This document shows positions 18,101 to 27,822 of a DNA stretch of 64,000 nt, piece by piece. The notes under the pieces were generated by a model. It had not been told where the DNA came from. It ran no database searches and was given only the letters and a program-made list of their open reading frames with translations. The position numbers and the translations under genes were made by a program. Each line of letters begins with the position of its first letter. The first letter of the stretch is position 1. The stretch lies in assembly GCA_965204745.1 (NCBI GenBank), contig OZ242010.1, forward strand, positions 4,160,001-4,224,000. The letters are read 5' to 3'. The DNA is from Candidatus Latescibacterota bacterium. Lineage in GTDB: Bacteria; Latescibacterota; UBA2968.

Positions 18101-21100
18101 ACGTCAACGTCACCGTCGGCGCGGCCTCATCATCGGTGATCGTCAGCGTCACGTTAGACGATAGCGACGCCATATTGCCACCCGTCACCGTTGCAGACAC
18201 GGTCACGCTCTTGTCCGGCGCGTCAGTCGTGTCGTTCACCGATGTGATCGTCACGGTGCCCGTGCTCGTCGTCGCACTCGCCGCGAAGGTCAGCGTGGTC
18301 GTGGTCGATAGCGTAAAATCGCCCGCAACCGCAGGCGACACAGCCATCGCTGAAACCGTGACCGTCGCCGCCGTGCTTGCGGTGCGATCCAGCGTCGCCG
18401 TGATCGTCGAAACCTGGGCATTCTCCGTAATCGACGCCGGAGTCAAAACCAACGTCACCTGCGCCACGTCGTCATCGGTAATCGTCAGTGTCGCAGCAGT
18501 GACCAATCCCACGCCCACGCTGTTGGTTAGCGTACTCGACACGGTCACCGTCTTATTCCCCGTAGCCACGTTGTTGTTCACCGTCGTGATCGTCACGGTG
18601 CCCGTGCTCATCGTTTGCCCCGCCGCGACGGTCAGCGTGGCCGGCGTACTCAGCGAGTAGTCGCCCGCAACCGCAGGTAATACAGGCGTATGTGAAACCG
18701 TAATCGTCGTCGCCTCGCTCGACGCGTGAGACAGGGTCGCTGTCACGGTCGAGATACCGCCGTTCTCTGAAATCGACGCAGGCGACAAAACCATCGTCAC
18801 GTCCGGCGCGGCCTCATCCTCTGTGATCGTCAAAGCCGTGCCGGTCACACTGCCCGCGCCTTGGTCGTTGCTCACCGCAACGGACACGGACACATCGTTG
18901 TTCGGCGCATGGATCGGGTTGTCCACGGCCGTGATCTCTACAGTGTCCGCCGCGTTCGCCGTGCTCCCGGCCGCGATGGTGATCGTCGAATCCGAACCCA
19001 CTGTGTAAGCACCCGCCACCGGGCGCACTGTAATCGTCGTGATCGCGCTCGACGAATGCGATAGGGTCGCCGTGATCGTCGAAACACCACCGTTCTCTGC
19101 AATCGACGTGGGTGCCAGCGTCAGGGCCACTGTCGGCGCATCCTCATCGTCGGTGATCGTCAGGGTCACATCAGCCGGGGCCGACGCCATATTGCCACCC
19201 GTCACCGTTGCAGACACGGTCACGCGCTTGTCCGGCGCATCAGTCGTGTCGTTCACCGATGTGATCGTCACGGTGCCCGTGCTCGTCGTCGCACTCGCCG
19301 AGACGGTCAGCGTGGTCGTGCCCGATAGCGTAAAATCGCCCGCAACCGCAGGGGCCACCTCGGTCGCTGAAACCGTGATCGTCGTCGCCATGGTTGCGGC
19401 GCGATCTAGCGTCGCCGTGATCGTGGAAACCTCGGCATTCTCCGAAATTGACGCCGGAGTCAAAACCAACGTCACCAGCGGCACGTCGTCATCGGTAATC
19501 GTCAGCGTCGCAGCAGTGACCGATCCCGCGCCCACGCTGTTGCCCACCGTGCTCGACACGGTCACCGTCTTGTTGCTCCCCAAAACCACGGCGTTGTCCA
19601 CCGTCGTGATCGTCACAGTGCCCGTGCTCGTCGTTTGCCCCGCCGCGACGGTCAGCGTGGCCGGCGTGCTCAGCGTGTAGTCGGCCGCAACCGCAGGTAA
19701 CACAGGCGTAGGGTCAACCGTAATCGTCGTCGGATCGCTCGACGTGTGAGACAGCCTCGCGGTCACGGTCGAGACACCGCCGTTCTCTGCAATCGACGCA
19801 TCAGACAAAATCATCGTCACGGTCGGCGGATCGTCGTTGTCTGTCAGCGTCACAGTGCCGGTCACACTGCCCACGCCTTGGTCGTTGCGCGCCACACCGG
19901 ACACGGACACGTCGCGATCAGGCGCGTCTCGGGTATTGTCCACCGCTGTGATGACCACCGTGTCCGACGCGTCCGCCGTGCTCCCGGCCGCGATGGTAAT
20001 CGTCGAATTCGAACCTACGGTATAAGCACCCGCCACTGGGCGCACCGTAATCGTCGTGATCGCGCTCGACTTGTGAGACAGCGTCGCCGTCACCGTCGAA
20101 ACCCCGACGTTCTCTGAAATCGACGCGGGATTCGGCGTCAACGTCACCGTCGGCGCGGCCTCATCATCGGTGATCGTCAGCGTCACGTTAGACGATAGCA
20201 CCGCCATATTGCCACCCGTCACCGTTGCAGACACGGTCACGCGCTTGTCAGGTGCGTCAGTCGTGTCGTTCACCGATGTGATCGTCACAGTGCCCGTGCT
20301 CGTCGTCACATTCGCCGCGAAGGTCAGCGTGGTCGCGGTCGATAGCGTAAAATCGCCCGTAACCGCAGGGGCCACAGGGGTCGCTGCAACCGTGACCGTC
20401 GCCGCCACGGTTGCGGTGCGATCTAGCGTCGCCGTGATCGTGGAAACCTGGGCATTCTCCGCAATCGACGCAGGAGACAAAACCAACGTCACCAGCGGCA
20501 GGTCGTCATCGGTAATCGTCAGCGTCGCATCAGTGACCGATCCCGTGCCCACGCTGTTGGCCACTGTGCTCGACACGGTCACTGTCTTGTTCCCCGTAGC
20601 CTGGGCGTTATTCACCGCCGTGATCGTCACGGTGCCCGTGCTCATCGTTTGCCCCGCCGCGACGGTCAGCGTGGTCGCCGCGCTCAGCGAGTAGTCGGTT
20701 GCAACCGCAGGTGACACAGGCGCCACTGTCACCGTAATCGTCGTCGCCTCGCTCGACGTGCGATTCAGGGTCGCGGTCACGGTCGAGACACCGCCGTTCT
20801 CTGCAATCGACGCAGGCGCCACAACCATCGTCACGGTCGGCGCAGCGTCGTCGTCCGTCAGCGTCAAAGTGCCGGTCACACTGCCCGCGCCTTGGTCGTT
20901 GTTCGCCACACTGGACAAGGTCACGTCGCGATCAGGCGCGTCTCGGGGATTGTCCACCGCTGTGATGACCACATTGTCCGACGCGTTCGCCGTACTCCCG
21001 GCCGCGATGGTAATCGTCGAATCCGAACCTACGGTATAAGCACCGGTCACCGGGCGCACCGTAATCGTCGTGATCGCGCTCGACTTGTGAGACAGTGTCG

Positions 21101-23879
21101 CTGTCACCGTCGAAAGCGCGCCGTTCTCTGAAATCGACGCGGGATTCGGCGTCAACGTCACGTCCGGCGCGGCCTCATCATCTGTGATCGTCAGGGTCTC
21201 GGAAGACAATAGCGACGCCAGATTGCCACCCGCCACCGTTGCAGACACGGTCACTTCCTTGTCAGGCGCATCGGTCGTATCGTTCACCGATGTGATCGTC
21301 ACGGTGCCCGTGCTCGTCGTCATACTCGTCGCGACGGTCAGCGTGGTCGTGCCCGATAGCGTGAAGTCACCCGCAACCGCAGGCGACACAGCCATCGCTG
21401 AAACCGTGATCGTCGTCGCCGCGGTTGCGGGGCGATCCAGAATCGCCGTGATCGTGGAAACCTCGGCATTCTCCGTAATCGACGCAGGAGACAAAACCAA
21501 CGTCACCAGTGCCACTTCGTCATCGACAATCGTCAGCGTCGCAGGAGTGACCGACCCCGTGCCCACGCTGTTGGATGGCGTGCTCCCCACGGTCACCGTC
21601 TTGTTCCCCGTAGCCACGGCGTTATTCACCGTCGTGATCGTCACGGTGCCCGTGCTCATCGTTTGCCCCGCCGCGACGGTCAGCGTGGCCGGCGTGCTTA
21701 GCGTGTAGTCGCCCGCAGCCGCAGGTGACACAGGCGTCACTGACACCGTGATCGTCGTCGCCGCGCTCGACGTGTGAGACAGAGTCGCCGTCACGGTCGA
21801 AACCTCAACCGTCTCAAAAATCGACGCCGGGGACACAATCATCGTCACGGTCGGCGCATCGTCGTCGTCTGCCAGCGTCAAAGTGCCGGTCACACTACCC
21901 ACGCCTTGGTCGTTGTGCGCCACACTGGACATGGGCACGTTGCGATCAGGCTCGTCTCGGGTGTTGTTCACCGCTCTGATGACCACCCAGTCCCACACGG
22001 GCGTCGTGGCTCCGGCGAAGATGGTGATCGTCGAATCCGTAACACCCGGAGATTGGGATTGGGTTATAACCGTGTAAGCACCCGCCACCGGGCGCACCGT
22101 AATCGTCGTCCACGCGCTCGATGGACGCGATAGTGACGCCGTGACCGTCGAAACCGCGCCCTCCGAAATCGACATGGGATTCGGCGTCAGCGTCACCGTC
22201 GGTTCAGGGTCGTCGTCCGTCAGCGTCAAAGTCACATAGGTCAGAATGCCCTCGACTTGGCTGTTGCGCGCCACACCGGCTATGGGCACGTTGCGATCAG
22301 GCTCGTCTTTGGTGTTGTCCACCGATGTGATGACCACCGTATCCGTCGCGTTCGCCGTGCTCCCGGCCGCGATGGTGATCGTCGAATCCGAACCCACGGT
22401 ATAAGCACCCGCCACCGGGCGCACCGTGATCGTCGTCGCCGTGCTCAACGACCGTACCAGCGTCGCGGTCACGGTACTCATCGCACCGGTTTCCGAGATC
22501 GTCGAGGGCATCAGTGCCAACGGCACTATCGAGGGTTGGGTATTAAATTGCTCGGTGGAGTCCATGTCGGCATACTTCAAGACCGGGTACTGATTCGTCG
22601 CGCCAAAGGCCCACGGATTGTCGTTGCCGGGTTGTCCGTCGAGGTCGCTGTTCCAGTTGGCGTAGATGCCGGTGTAGCCGGTGGGGCGTTGTAGATCGCT
22701 GGTGGAGTGGCCCGTGCCGGCGGCGCTGATCCTCTGTCCGCTGGTTGAGGTGTCCCAGTAGCTGTCGGTTACGCTACCGCTACCGGTGCTGCTCGTGGCC
22801 CCTACTAATCCGCCGATTTGGATGGCTCTGGTGTTGGTTGTGATGACCCTACCGATGGCGTAGGAGTTTATTACATCGCCCCCAGACCTATTGCCCAGCA
22901 GTCCGCCGACCGCGCCGTGCCTACTCGTTCCGACGACTTGGGCAGTGGAGTAGCTGGAGTAGATACCTATACTGAGTCTTTCTCCGGATTCTTGTTCGCC
23001 GATTAGTCCCCCAGTATTATTTCCACCCTCCACCTTTCCAGTGGTATAACAGGCGACAAGTTTGCCAGATAAATTGTAGCCGACCAGAATGCCGGTCCGG
23101 GTTCCTCCCCTGACATTGGCGTTGGTCACGCCCAGGGTTTCGATGACACCCTCATAGATTGTGCCGAACAGACCGGTAAATTGGGTGCTACGGTTGATGA
23201 ACAGGTTGTTGATGGTATGTCCGTTGCCCTTGAAATTGCCTAGGTAAACAAAAGTTCTAAGAGAGCCGATGGGGATCCAGCCGGCGCCGCTGTTCCAGTA
23301 GTTGCCGCTGTGGTCGTTGGCGTCCACATCGCCGTCGCTGTCGCTGTCAAAGTCCAGATCGTTGAGCAGTTCGTAGCCGATGCAGGTCCCGGAAGGGCAA
23401 CCCATCCGGCCGGTGCTGGTGGTGTCGTGGTTGGGAAAGGCGGCTTTGTAATGTGTGGTATCGGCAAGGGTTACGGCCTGGAAAATGAACGTTACGATAC
23501 CATCGCCGTTGAGGTCGTAGCGAATGGCGTTGAGTTGGGCGAGGTTGGTTACATCGATGTAGCCGTCATTGTCCATGTCGTAGTCGATGATGGTTTGGGC
23601 AAAAGCCGGCCCCGATGCCACCAGCATGCCCAGCACGATCAGGGCCAACAAGCGAGCGTAGCGGGGCATCATTTTGTCTCCTCTCGAGGGGGACACTGTA
23701 TTGATCATCCTAATTGACTGCTTTGCAATGAAATAGAACCACACCCAAAGACGAGGATGGGCGATATGAACGCCACTTTTCGCAGGGGAATAGGAGCTTC
23801 CAAACAGGTTTGAACAACGTCGAAAAATGGCGGTGATCATCTGAAGCCTCCCAAAAAATAGAACGAGTTGTACAGGCAT
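15102..23879 (-). CDS. giant adhesin B (GLUG-like N-terminus, tandem Ig-like/Calx-beta repeats, putative-Ig He_PIG-like domains, EF-hand/dockerin C-terminus)
   Basis: 2925-aa ORF; signal peptide after alternative start 23672; LPxGLxFDxxTRxLSGTP repeats; C-terminal DLDGDGNVNFADF...DLNGDGQIDSADF. Confidence 0.92.
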   Translation of the reverse strand: MPVQLVLFFGRLQMITAIFRRCSNLFGSSYSPAKSGVHIAHPRLWVWFYFIAKQSIRMINTVSPSRGDKMMPRYARLLALIVLGMLVASGPAFAQTIIDYDMDNDGYIDVTNLAQLNAIRYDLNGDGIVTFIFQAVTLADTTHYKAAFPNHDTTSTGRMGCPSGTCIGYELLNDLDFDSDSDGDVDANDHSGNYWNSGAGWIPIGSLRTFVYLGNFKGNGHTINNLFINRSTQFTGLFGTIYEGVIETLGVTNANVRGGTRTGILVGYNLSGKLVACYTTGKVEGGNNTGGLIGEQESGERLSIGIYSSYSTAQVVGTSRHGAVGGLLGNRSGGDVINSYAIGRVITTNTRAIQIGGLVGATSSTGSGSVTDSYWDTSTSGQRISAAGTGHSTSDLQRPTGYTGIYANWNSDLDGQPGNDNPWAFGATNQYPVLKYADMDSTEQFNTQPSIVPLALMPSTISETGAMSTVTATLVRSLSTATTITVRPVAGAYTVGSDSTITIAAGSTANATDTVVITSVDNTKDEPDRNVPIAGVARNSQVEGILTYVTLTLTDDDPEPTVTLTPNPMSISEGAVSTVTASLSRPSSAWTTITVRPVAGAYTVITQSQSPGVTDSTITIFAGATTPVWDWVVIRAVNNTRDEPDRNVPMSSVAHNDQGVGSVTGTLTLADDDDAPTVTMIVSPASIFETVEVSTVTATLSHTSSAATTITVSVTPVSPAAAGDYTLSTPATLTVAAGQTMSTGTVTITTVNNAVATGNKTVTVGSTPSNSVGTGSVTPATLTIVDDEVALVTLVLSPASITENAEVSTITAILDRPATAATTITVSAMAVSPAVAGDFTLSGTTTLTVATSMTTSTGTVTITSVNDTTDAPDKEVTVSATVAGGNLASLLSSETLTITDDEAAPDVTLTPNPASISENGALSTVTATLSHKSSAITTITVRPVTGAYTVGSDSTITIAAGSTANASDNVVITAVDNPRDAPDRDVTLSSVANNDQGAGSVTGTLTLTDDDAAPTVTMVVAPASIAENGGVSTVTATLNRTSSEATTITVTVAPVSPAVATDYSLSAATTLTVAAGQTMSTGTVTITAVNNAQATGNKTVTVSSTVANSVGTGSVTDATLTITDDDLPLVTLVLSPASIAENAQVSTITATLDRTATVAATVTVAATPVAPAVTGDFTLSTATTLTFAANVTTSTGTVTITSVNDTTDAPDKRVTVSATVTGGNMAVLSSNVTLTITDDEAAPTVTLTPNPASISENVGVSTVTATLSHKSSAITTITVRPVAGAYTVGSNSTITIAAGSTADASDTVVITAVDNTRDAPDRDVSVSGVARNDQGVGSVTGTVTLTDNDDPPTVTMILSDASIAENGGVSTVTARLSHTSSDPTTITVDPTPVLPAVAADYTLSTPATLTVAAGQTTSTGTVTITTVDNAVVLGSNKTVTVSSTVGNSVGAGSVTAATLTITDDDVPLVTLVLTPASISENAEVSTITATLDRAATMATTITVSATEVAPAVAGDFTLSGTTTLTVSASATTSTGTVTITSVNDTTDAPDKRVTVSATVTGGNMASAPADVTLTITDDEDAPTVALTLAPTSIAENGGVSTITATLSHSSSAITTITVRPVAGAYTVGSDSTITIAAGSTANAADTVEITAVDNPIHAPNNDVSVSVAVSNDQGAGSVTGTALTITEDEAAPDVTMVLSPASISENGGISTVTATLSHASSEATTITVSHTPVLPAVAGDYSLSTPATLTVAAGQTMSTGTVTITTVNNNVATGNKTVTVSSTLTNSVGVGLVTAATLTITDDDVAQVTLVLTPASITENAQVSTITATLDRTASTAATVTVSAMAVSPAVAGDFTLSTTTTLTFAASATTSTGTVTITSVNDTTDAPDKSVTVSATVTGGNMASLSSNVTLTITDDEAAPTVTLTSNPASISENGAVSTVTATLSHKSSAITTITVRPVAGAYTVGSDSTITIAAGSTANASDTVVITAVDNPRDEPNRDVTVSGVARNTQGVGNVTGTVTLTDDDDPPDVTLSASPQSFSENGGVAMVSATLSHPSSAATTITVAAVANVYTVGSDNTIVIAADATTNTDAVTITGVDNDIDAADNTVTVTGAMTNSQGTGSVTGASVTITDDDAPPMLSISSPSVAEDNDLMFTVRLNAESGKVVTVAYADAGTGSATSGTDYTALTAGTLTFAAGVTSRTIAVSVSDDGDDEPNETVVVTLSNPVNATFDGGATSLTGTGTIIDDDGMPALSIGSSSVIEGATSATLTFRVYLIPAHTAEVTVAYADAGTGSATSGMDYTALTAGTLTFAAGVTSQTFDVSVLDDSMDEPNETVAVRLSNPNGAIFYGSAATLTGTGTIIDDDAVMLSIDSPSVAEGAAGTTPTLRFTVSLSSASGSQVTVAYADAGTGTATSGTDYDALAAGTLTFAVGETSKTIDISVIGDAAVEPDETVVVTLSNAVNAALAVTTGTGTITNDDQAPTDPTDPEPEPDPDTEPTFTEAVDPQSYRQDKAIEPLTLPVAIDGNGDLTYSLTGLPEGLTFDAETRELSGTPTTAIEKAIYTLTATDEDGDENTLSFFLTVVANVAPSFGDASVTAQAYTRKQEIMSLTLPQVTGGDAPLTYALTPVLPEGLNFDAETRVLSGTPLEAIAETTYTLTATDSDGDEATLMFTLSVTTDPIPTFGDTTVAAQVYMQHREIASLTLPQATGGDEPLTYALSPALPDGLTFDAETLIVSGTPIKAMDETTYTLTATDGNGDEAHFTFTLAVPDLMPTFGDTTIAAQSYLVNQEIASLMLPQASSGDGMLVYILLPFLPDGLNFDLTTRTLSGLPSEAKAQATYTLSALDVDGDVASLPFTLEVSLPSPDLDGDGNVNFADFLIFASKFGSRLGQERYDARCDLNGDGQIDSADFFIFADNFGSSG

Positions 23880-23955
23880 GGCTTTCGCCTGCGGGTGCCA
23901 AATAACGATGGCGGAGACAAGTTAAGGTACCACGTCGTTTCTTGCAAGGGGAATT

Positions 23956-24495
23956 GGGACCTACCCCCTAACCCCCTTCCTGCGAGGAAGGGGGAACTGT
24001 GAGCGGTTTTGCGAGGGGAATGGCGAGCGGTTTTTTGGGGTTCATGGCATTATCCATTCGCGCAAAGCCATCAAAACAGCCAGGGAGACAAACCTTTAAG
24101 AAAGCCATGCGCTCCCCCTTTCCTCGTAGGAAAGGGGGCCGGGGGGATAGGTCCTGCGAGGTGGGACCTACCCCCTAACCCCCTTCCTGCGAGGAAGGGG
24201 GAACTGTGAGCGGTTTTGCGAGGGGAATGGCGATAGGTTTTTTGGGGGTTCATGGCATTATCCATTCGCGCAAAGCCATCAAAGCAGCTAGGGATACAAC
24301 CCTTCAAGAAAGCCATGCGCTCCCCCTTTCCTCGTAGGCACAGGCGTAGCCTACAATGAGCGAAGCGAATAACGGGGGCTGGGGGGATAGGTCTATGGCG
24401 GCGGGGCGGTGTGGGGTAATCCGCGTAATCCCCTAATCCGTTTAATCCGCGATTCAGACACGGATGGGCGGAGCGGAAGGGCACGCACGGGCGGT
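23956..24495. repeat. tandem copies of palindromic core repeat A plus nonamer block
   Basis: Two ~200-bp GGGACCTACCCCCTAACCCCCTTCC...GGGGGGATAGGTC units, then TAATCCGCG-type nonamers. Confidence 0.85.
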
Positions 24496-24551
24496 TGAGT
24501 AAAAAAAAAGAATATTCTGCGATAGGGCTTGATTTTCCCGATAAACAGCGA

Positions 24552-26492
24552 TTACCGAACATCCGGATTTTTGCCAATGGCGAGGAGGATGATTGGAATG
24601 GCGATCAGGCCGAGGGCGAGGCCCATCCAGCCCGGGTAAAGCAGGGAAGAACCCAGATAGCCCACAATGCCCGCGACGCTCATCGTTGTAAGCGCGTAAG
24701 GAAGTTGTGTTTTGACGTGATCTATGTGGTCGCACGACGACGCGATGCTCGCCATCACCGTCGTATCGCTGATGGGCGAGCAGTGGTCGCCAAAGATCGC
24801 GCCATCGAGCACGGCTGCGGCGGCCAAAATGGTCAGGGGCAATCCCCCCAACGCATGCGCCAAGGGAACCACCGTCGGGATGAGAATCGCCATCGTCGTC
24901 CAAGATGTGCCAATGGAAAACGCGACAAGGGCGGCGAGGAGAAAGATCAACAGCGGCAGCAGGCCGGGGGAAACGAACGGGGAAAGAGCCGCGGTGAGAT
25001 AGGTCGACGTGCCCGCGGTCGCGCAAACTTCTTTGATCGCCCAGGCGAGAATGAGAATGACTATCGCATACCACACCCCCACGATCCCGCGTGCCCACGT
25101 CGAAACCGCATCGCCCAAAGAAATAGCGCGCCTGCCCGTCTCGACATGCGTGCGCGTAATCGCAATGGCTATGGCGAGCGCGGAGCCGAGCATCGCCGCG
25201 ACAAAGAGCACCTGCGAGGTCTGGGCATTGGAAAAACACGCACTCCAAAACGCATTGCTCATCAGGCCATGATCGCGCCGCGCAGCAATGACATCCGCAT
25301 GATCCCACGTATCGACAGCCATGCCCCCAATCACGGTCGCAATAACGAGCAACACCGGCAACACCGCGGCCCACCAAACCGGACGCACGCCTTGGGCAGG
25401 CCCGACCTGCGCCCGGCCCGTCATCGGCGCGGCACCGGGGCGGATCACCTGACCCGTCGTCTGCGCGCGGCGTTCTGCGGAAAGCATCGGCCCGTAATCG
25501 CGGCGCAGACACGCAGACAGGAGAACAAAGACCAGGGTGAGCAGGCAATAGAAGCGCAGGGGCAGGGCCGCAAAAAAGAGTTGGTACCCGGACAATCCCG
25601 TGTCGAGTTCGGTCATCAGATCCTGAAACAGGCTGACCTCGTATCCGATCCAAGTGCTGATGATCGCAACCCCCGCAATCGGCGCGGCGGTCGAATCGAC
25701 AATGTACGCGAGTTTTTCGCGCGAAACCCTGAACCGATCCGCAATGGGCCGCAGGGTGGAGCCGACCACGATGGAATTGGCATAGTCGTCAAAGAAAATG
25801 GCGAGGCCCATAAAAAATGCCGCGACGCGCGTTGCGCGGGCGCCCTCTGCGCGCCGAGAGAGCATATCGGCAATGCCGCGATTGCCACCCGAAAGCGTGG
25901 TCACGCGCACCATCCCAATCAGGCCTGCGGTGAACGCGAGAATGTACAGTTGAAACGCGCTCGACAACGGCATCCAAACATAGTCCACCAGAGATTTTTG
26001 CACCGCGATCACGGGCCACAAATGCAGGGGTTCGCCCAACGACGCGAGAAACCCACCCGCGAGAATCGCCAGCGACAACCCGAGAATCAACCGCCCGCTG
26101 ACAATCGCCACCACAATCGCAGCAACGGGCGGAAAAACGCTCCAAGCCGTGACCCGCGCGATCACCTCTTCGCACTGCTTTGACCCGCGCACGGCGATGA
26201 GGTGATACCCCGCAGATGTCGCCGCGCCGCGCAACGCTATCGCCTGCCCGGAATCCGGCACAGCGGATCGGCGTTTCCGCGCTTCGGCAAAGGCGTTCTG
26301 CAAAACGCGATCCGCATCGGGCGACAAGGTCCACGGATGCGCCCCGAGTTGCCCTGCCAATTTGGGAATGGCCTTCAACAATTGCTCGTGCAAAACGCCT
26401 TCCCGATTGGCCGGCAAAACAGCGATGAACACCGCCGCGAGCGCGATCCCAAAAACCACACGCACAATCGGATTTTGTGAAAATATCGACAT
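24552..26492 (-). CDS. Na+/H+ antiporter NhaC family transporter
   Basis: FFDDYAN, REKLAYIVDSTAAP, GTSWTTMAI, GAIFGDHCSPISDTT. Confidence 0.92.
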   Translation of the reverse strand: MSIFSQNPIVRVVFGIALAAVFIAVLPANREGVLHEQLLKAIPKLAGQLGAHPWTLSPDADRVLQNAFAEARKRRSAVPDSGQAIALRGAATSAGYHLIAVRGSKQCEEVIARVTAWSVFPPVAAIVVAIVSGRLILGLSLAILAGGFLASLGEPLHLWPVIAVQKSLVDYVWMPLSSAFQLYILAFTAGLIGMVRVTTLSGGNRGIADMLSRRAEGARATRVAAFFMGLAIFFDDYANSIVVGSTLRPIADRFRVSREKLAYIVDSTAAPIAGVAIISTWIGYEVSLFQDLMTELDTGLSGYQLFFAALPLRFYCLLTLVFVLLSACLRRDYGPMLSAERRAQTTGQVIRPGAAPMTGRAQVGPAQGVRPVWWAAVLPVLLVIATVIGGMAVDTWDHADVIAARRDHGLMSNAFWSACFSNAQTSQVLFVAAMLGSALAIAIAITRTHVETGRRAISLGDAVSTWARGIVGVWYAIVILILAWAIKEVCATAGTSTYLTAALSPFVSPGLLPLLIFLLAALVAFSIGTSWTTMAILIPTVVPLAHALGGLPLTILAAAAVLDGAIFGDHCSPISDTTVMASIASSCDHIDHVKTQLPYALTTMSVAGIVGYLGSSLLYPGWMGLALGLIAIPIILLAIGKNPDVR

Positions 26493-26525
26493 CCAAACAT
26501 CTCCTCTCGTTTAGCCACGAGGAGC

Positions 26526-26558
26526 AAAAAAGCGAGCGATACTCCCGTGCTCGCTCGC
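26526..26558 (-). terminator. intrinsic terminator
   Basis: Minus strand GCGAGCGAGCAC...ATCGCTCGC followed by TTTTTT. Confidence 0.6.
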
Positions 26559-26769
26559 CTCACGTTATTCTCCTCAATCGCTACTGCGCGTTTCGAGTTC
26601 AAACCCCGAGCGGCTTCCACTCAGACACGCCTAAACTCGCTACAAATATCGGGAATGCGAATACTGCCCCAGCAGTTTTGGGTCAACTCAGCAGACTCTG
26701 GCGGAAACGCGCCATGTGTAATGGACTCATTGGTCGGATCACGGAGCACGGCACTCATCCTAACTTTGA

Positions 26770-26872
26770 AAAAATAAATACAGGGACACCTGAAGGCATC
26801 CCTGTAAAAAAATGATAATAATCGAGCTACCGTTAATCCTGTCTGCCAGGCGGTATCTCGATGGGTTTTAAT
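26770..26872 (-). ncRNA. candidate ~100-nt small RNA
   Basis: Own TTGACA-17-TACTGT promoter (26906-26878), a long hairpin at 26821-26862, a 12-bp terminator stem at 26779-26806 with U tract, and no ORF. Confidence 0.45.
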
Positions 26873-26976
26873 ATAAAACAGTAACTAATCCTCCTATATT
26901 TGTCAACAACTAATCCTCCTGCGTTTGTCACCATCCCATCGGGTAATTTTTCTTTGATTGTACGCTGCGTTGTAGG

Positions 26977-27822
26977 CTACGCCTGTGCGCGCTTTTTGTC
27001 GCGTATGGTAAAAAAGTGTTGCATCGATTTTATTCGCATTTCTGCTGCCTCGTAGTATTCTCGTTCCACTTCGATGCCGATGAATTTTCTACCGACTTCG
27101 AGCGCGGCGATACCCGTAGAACCAACGCCCATGAACGGGTCGAACACCGTGTCATTTTTATCGGTGGCGATGTCGATCAGGTGCTTTAATAGTTTGATGG
27201 GCTTTTGCGTTGGGTGCTTGGGATGCGCGAGTCTTTCCGGCCCCATACATATCGGCGATTCAAAAAAATTGTGCATTTCGCTTTGTTTGCCAAAATTCCA
27301 TACATGTCCCTTGTTCCACATACAAACGATGAGCTCACAACTGTTCAAAAAGCCCGCCTTTCTAAACTTGGGAACGGGATTGGTTTTATGCCAAACAAAA
27401 AACTGAAAGGTATCAAAAATGGGATCGAATATTTCATGCCATCTGCCGATCAAATTATACGAGCAGAATGCAAAGATATTTCCCGTCGGTTTTAGAATCC
27501 GCACGAAGTCGTCTTTCAGATCGGCCGGGTCAAAGTTTTTATCCCACTCGGCGAGGTCATTGTTTATATCAGATCGCCAATCGAATTTGATATTTCCCGT
27601 CGAATACGGACTCAAGTTATAGGGCGGATCTGTCAAAATAAAATCGACGGAATTATCGGGCATGTCTTTCATCGCATGGAAGCTGTCTGCATGGATCAAT
27701 TTATAGGTGCCGTCGGGGTCATCGACTTGACCTACGTGACGCGCTTCAAACCCCGTCGCGTATGCTTCAACGGAACTCCGCACGATTTGACGGACGGACT
27801 TTTGGGCATCAACTGTTCTCAT
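26977..27822 (-). CDS. beta-class amino-DNA methyltransferase with N-terminal restriction-endonuclease-like stub
   Basis: ILTDPPY, HPTQKP, FDPFMGVGSTG; the first ~39 aa resemble the N-terminus of TdeIII-family REases. Confidence 0.85.
   Translation of the reverse strand: MRTVDAQKSVRQIVRSSVEAYATGFEARHVGQVDDPDGTYKLIHADSFHAMKDMPDNSVDFILTDPPYNLSPYSTGNIKFDWRSDINNDLAEWDKNFDPADLKDDFVRILKPTGNIFAFCSYNLIGRWHEIFDPIFDTFQFFVWHKTNPVPKFRKAGFLNSCELIVCMWNKGHVWNFGKQSEMHNFFESPICMGPERLAHPKHPTQKPIKLLKHLIDIATDKNDTVFDPFMGVGSTGIAALEVGRKFIGIEVEREYYEAAEMRIKSMQHFFTIRDKKRAQA

Noticed and set aside
5850-23717. Many plus-strand Val/Thr-rich ORFs across both adhesins
   Set aside because: Antisense frames of repetitive GC-rich genes, with no independent motifs or RBS.
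26495-26770. Lysine or glycine riboswitch upstream of the NhaC gene
   Set aside because: A terminator is present, but I could not find the conserved aptamer motifs by eye; an Infernal search is needed.
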